Source: the human T2T-CHM13v2.0 reference genome, Homo sapiens. From it: a stretch of 64,000 nucleotides of DNA. The stretch is taken from NCBI RefSeq assembly GCF_009914755.1, contig NC_060934.1; one strand, 5' to 3'. The position numbers and the translations under genes are program-made. Of this stretch, positions 62,051-64,000 are shown in pieces; position 1 is the stretch's first letter; each line of letters begins with the position of its first letter. The notes under the pieces are model-generated. The model did not search any database and was not told the DNA's origin. It was given only the letters and a program-made list of their open reading frames with translations.

Positions 62051-62693
62051 TTCCTGTAAACATAAAAAAAGAGAATAAGGAGCAAAATCATGCTCTTACG
62101 ATGAAAGCACATTAGAAAGACATGCCTACAAAACAGATGAAAACTGTAAGATAAAATTTCAATAGGAGCTAAAGGAAAATAATAAAAGCAATGAATGAAA
62201 AACCTAAATTAGAATTGCTGAAGTTGTAATTAGGTGATTAATTTAAAAAAGCAACTTTTTAAAAGACAGATGAAAGATATCTATAAAGAATTAGATATAA
62301 AATAAAAATGCATTTTTGAAATGAAGAGTGAACTAGAAGGAGCACAAGAACAAATAAAGATAATGGATAATCTTTGTCAATAGAAGATGTGAAAACTGAA
62401 GGGTAATGTAAAAATAGTTAACAAAAAATTCAAGGCAACAAATAGGCAGAGAAGATCTAACACATGTATGTAAGAGTCCCCAAGAAAGAAAACAAATCTC
62501 TACAATAGGGCACATTTTAAAATCTAGAATAAAAAAATCTTTCTCCTGAAATAAATAAAACCTGAGAGTATACTGAAAAGTTATATATTTGGAAAAATTG
62601 ACCCAGAGTGGCGTAATATAAAGATATATTCTGGTACAACTTCTGGACTTAAAAAAAAAAATCTATAATCAGCAAGCAAAAAGACTAAGTCAC

Positions 62694-63009
62694 TTTTTTT
62701 TCTTTTTTCTTTTTCTTTTTTTTTTTTGAGATGGAGTTTCACTCTTTTGCCCAGGCTGGAGTGAATTGGCACGATCTTGGCTCACTGCAACTTCCGCCCC
62801 CTAGGTTCAAATGATTCTCCTGGCTTAGCCTCCCAGGTAGCTGGGATTACAGGTGCATGCCACCATGTCCGGCTAATTTTTGTATTTTTAGTAGTGACAG
62901 GGTTTCACCATGTTGGCCAGGCTGGTCCCGAACTCTTGACCTTAAGTGATCCACCTGCCTCGGCCTCCCAAAGAGCTAGGATTACAGGCATGAGCCACCA
63001 TGCCTGGCC
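62694..63009 (-). mobile_element. AluS (Sq/Sp-like)
   Basis: TSD gac(t/c)aagtcactt at 62683-62695 and 63010-63022. Confidence 0.92.
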
Positions 63010-63387
63010 GACCAAGTCACTTCTAAGGGAAAGAATAAGACATTATCATTAGACTTTCCAACAGTGATGTTTGATGATGTGGGGAAGGGAGTGACACCTC
63101 TAAGCTACTCAAGGAGAGCAAATGCAAATCAGTGTTCTAATATTGAGTCAAAATGACCTTCAAAGTAAAATATATATATATATAGTTGGAAGTATAAAAT
63201 TTTATAAACATGGGAGATTTCCAGGAATGATGTTAACACAAGTTCTTCACTTGAGAATGAATGTCAGATCTCCAAAAAGTCTAGAAGGACATTAACAAAA
63301 GGGCTGTCAATGTCTTAAAATCCTCTATTGGCTTCATTTTTCTTCAGAATAATCATTAGCATGACATTCAGGCATTTCCCGATCTGG

Positions 63388-63432
63388 CCCAACCTCAATC
63401 TTTTCTCTCCCAATCTCAATCTTTTCTCTCCC
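63388..63432. repeat. 21-bp tandem duplication
   Basis: ccaa(c/t)ctcaatcttttctctc x2. Confidence 0.85.
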
Positions 63433-63519
63433 AGTCTTCTCTTTGGCATAGTCTACACTCCAGCCTCCTGGAAACTGTTTCCTAAAGTGCCAGATTCCTG
63501 TACATCTTTGAATCTGTTA

Positions 63520-64000
63520 TTTTCTTTTTTAATATTATTATTATCACACTTTAAGTTCTAGGGTACATGTGCTCAACATGCAGGTTTGTTACATATGCAT
63601 ACATGTGCCATGTTGGTGTGCTGCACCCATTAACTCGTCATTTACATTAGGTATATCTCCTAATGCTATCCCTCCCCCATCCCCCAACCCCATGACAGGC
63701 CCCAGTGTGTGATGGTCCCCTTCCTGTGTCCAAGTGTTCTCATTGTTCACTTCCCACCTATGAGTGAGAATATGCGGTGTTTGGTTTTTTGTCCTTGCGA
63801 TAGTTTGCTGAGAATGATGGTTTCCAGCTTAATCCATGTCCCTACAAAGGACATGAACTCATCCTTTTTTATGGCTGCATAGTATTACATGATGTATATG
63901 TGCCACATTTTCTTAATCCACTCTATCATTGATGGACATTTGGGTTGGTTCCAAGTATTTGCTATTGTGAATAGTGCCACAATAAACATACGTGTGCATG
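63520..64000 (-). mobile_element. L1PA 3' end (roughly PA4-PA6), continuing beyond the window
   Basis: tttaagttctagggtacatgtgc...taactcgtcatttacattaggtatatctcctaatgctatccctcccc. Confidence 0.93.

Overview
Primate genomic DNA, human or a very close relative, containing the 3' end of ODAD2 (ARMC4, outer dynein arm docking complex subunit 2) on the minus strand. Three phase-0 coding exons are present (55779-55591, 54003-53782, 5792-5679), with a 47,989-bp terminal intron and a short 3'UTR carrying two AATAAA signals. The ORF track misses the last exon, which I translated by hand. The rest is intronic or intergenic sequence rich in Alu, L1, L2, MIR, HAL1, LTR and DNA-transposon remnants, plus an 18-bp minisatellite and a few repeat-poor blocks that may be enhancers. 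I find no evidence of a wholly new biological system. The strongest observations are: (1) an antisense AluSc with an activated acceptor and a GC donor that would give an NMD-escaping alternative 80-aa C-terminus; (2) an 86-bp inverted templated insertion inside an AluJ; (3) a symmetric inverted Alu pair around the in-frame penultimate exon; (4) a possible Val>Met coding difference; (5) a very young AluYe5. Repeat subfamily names come from recalled consensus sequences and need RepeatMasker/Dfam confirmation.
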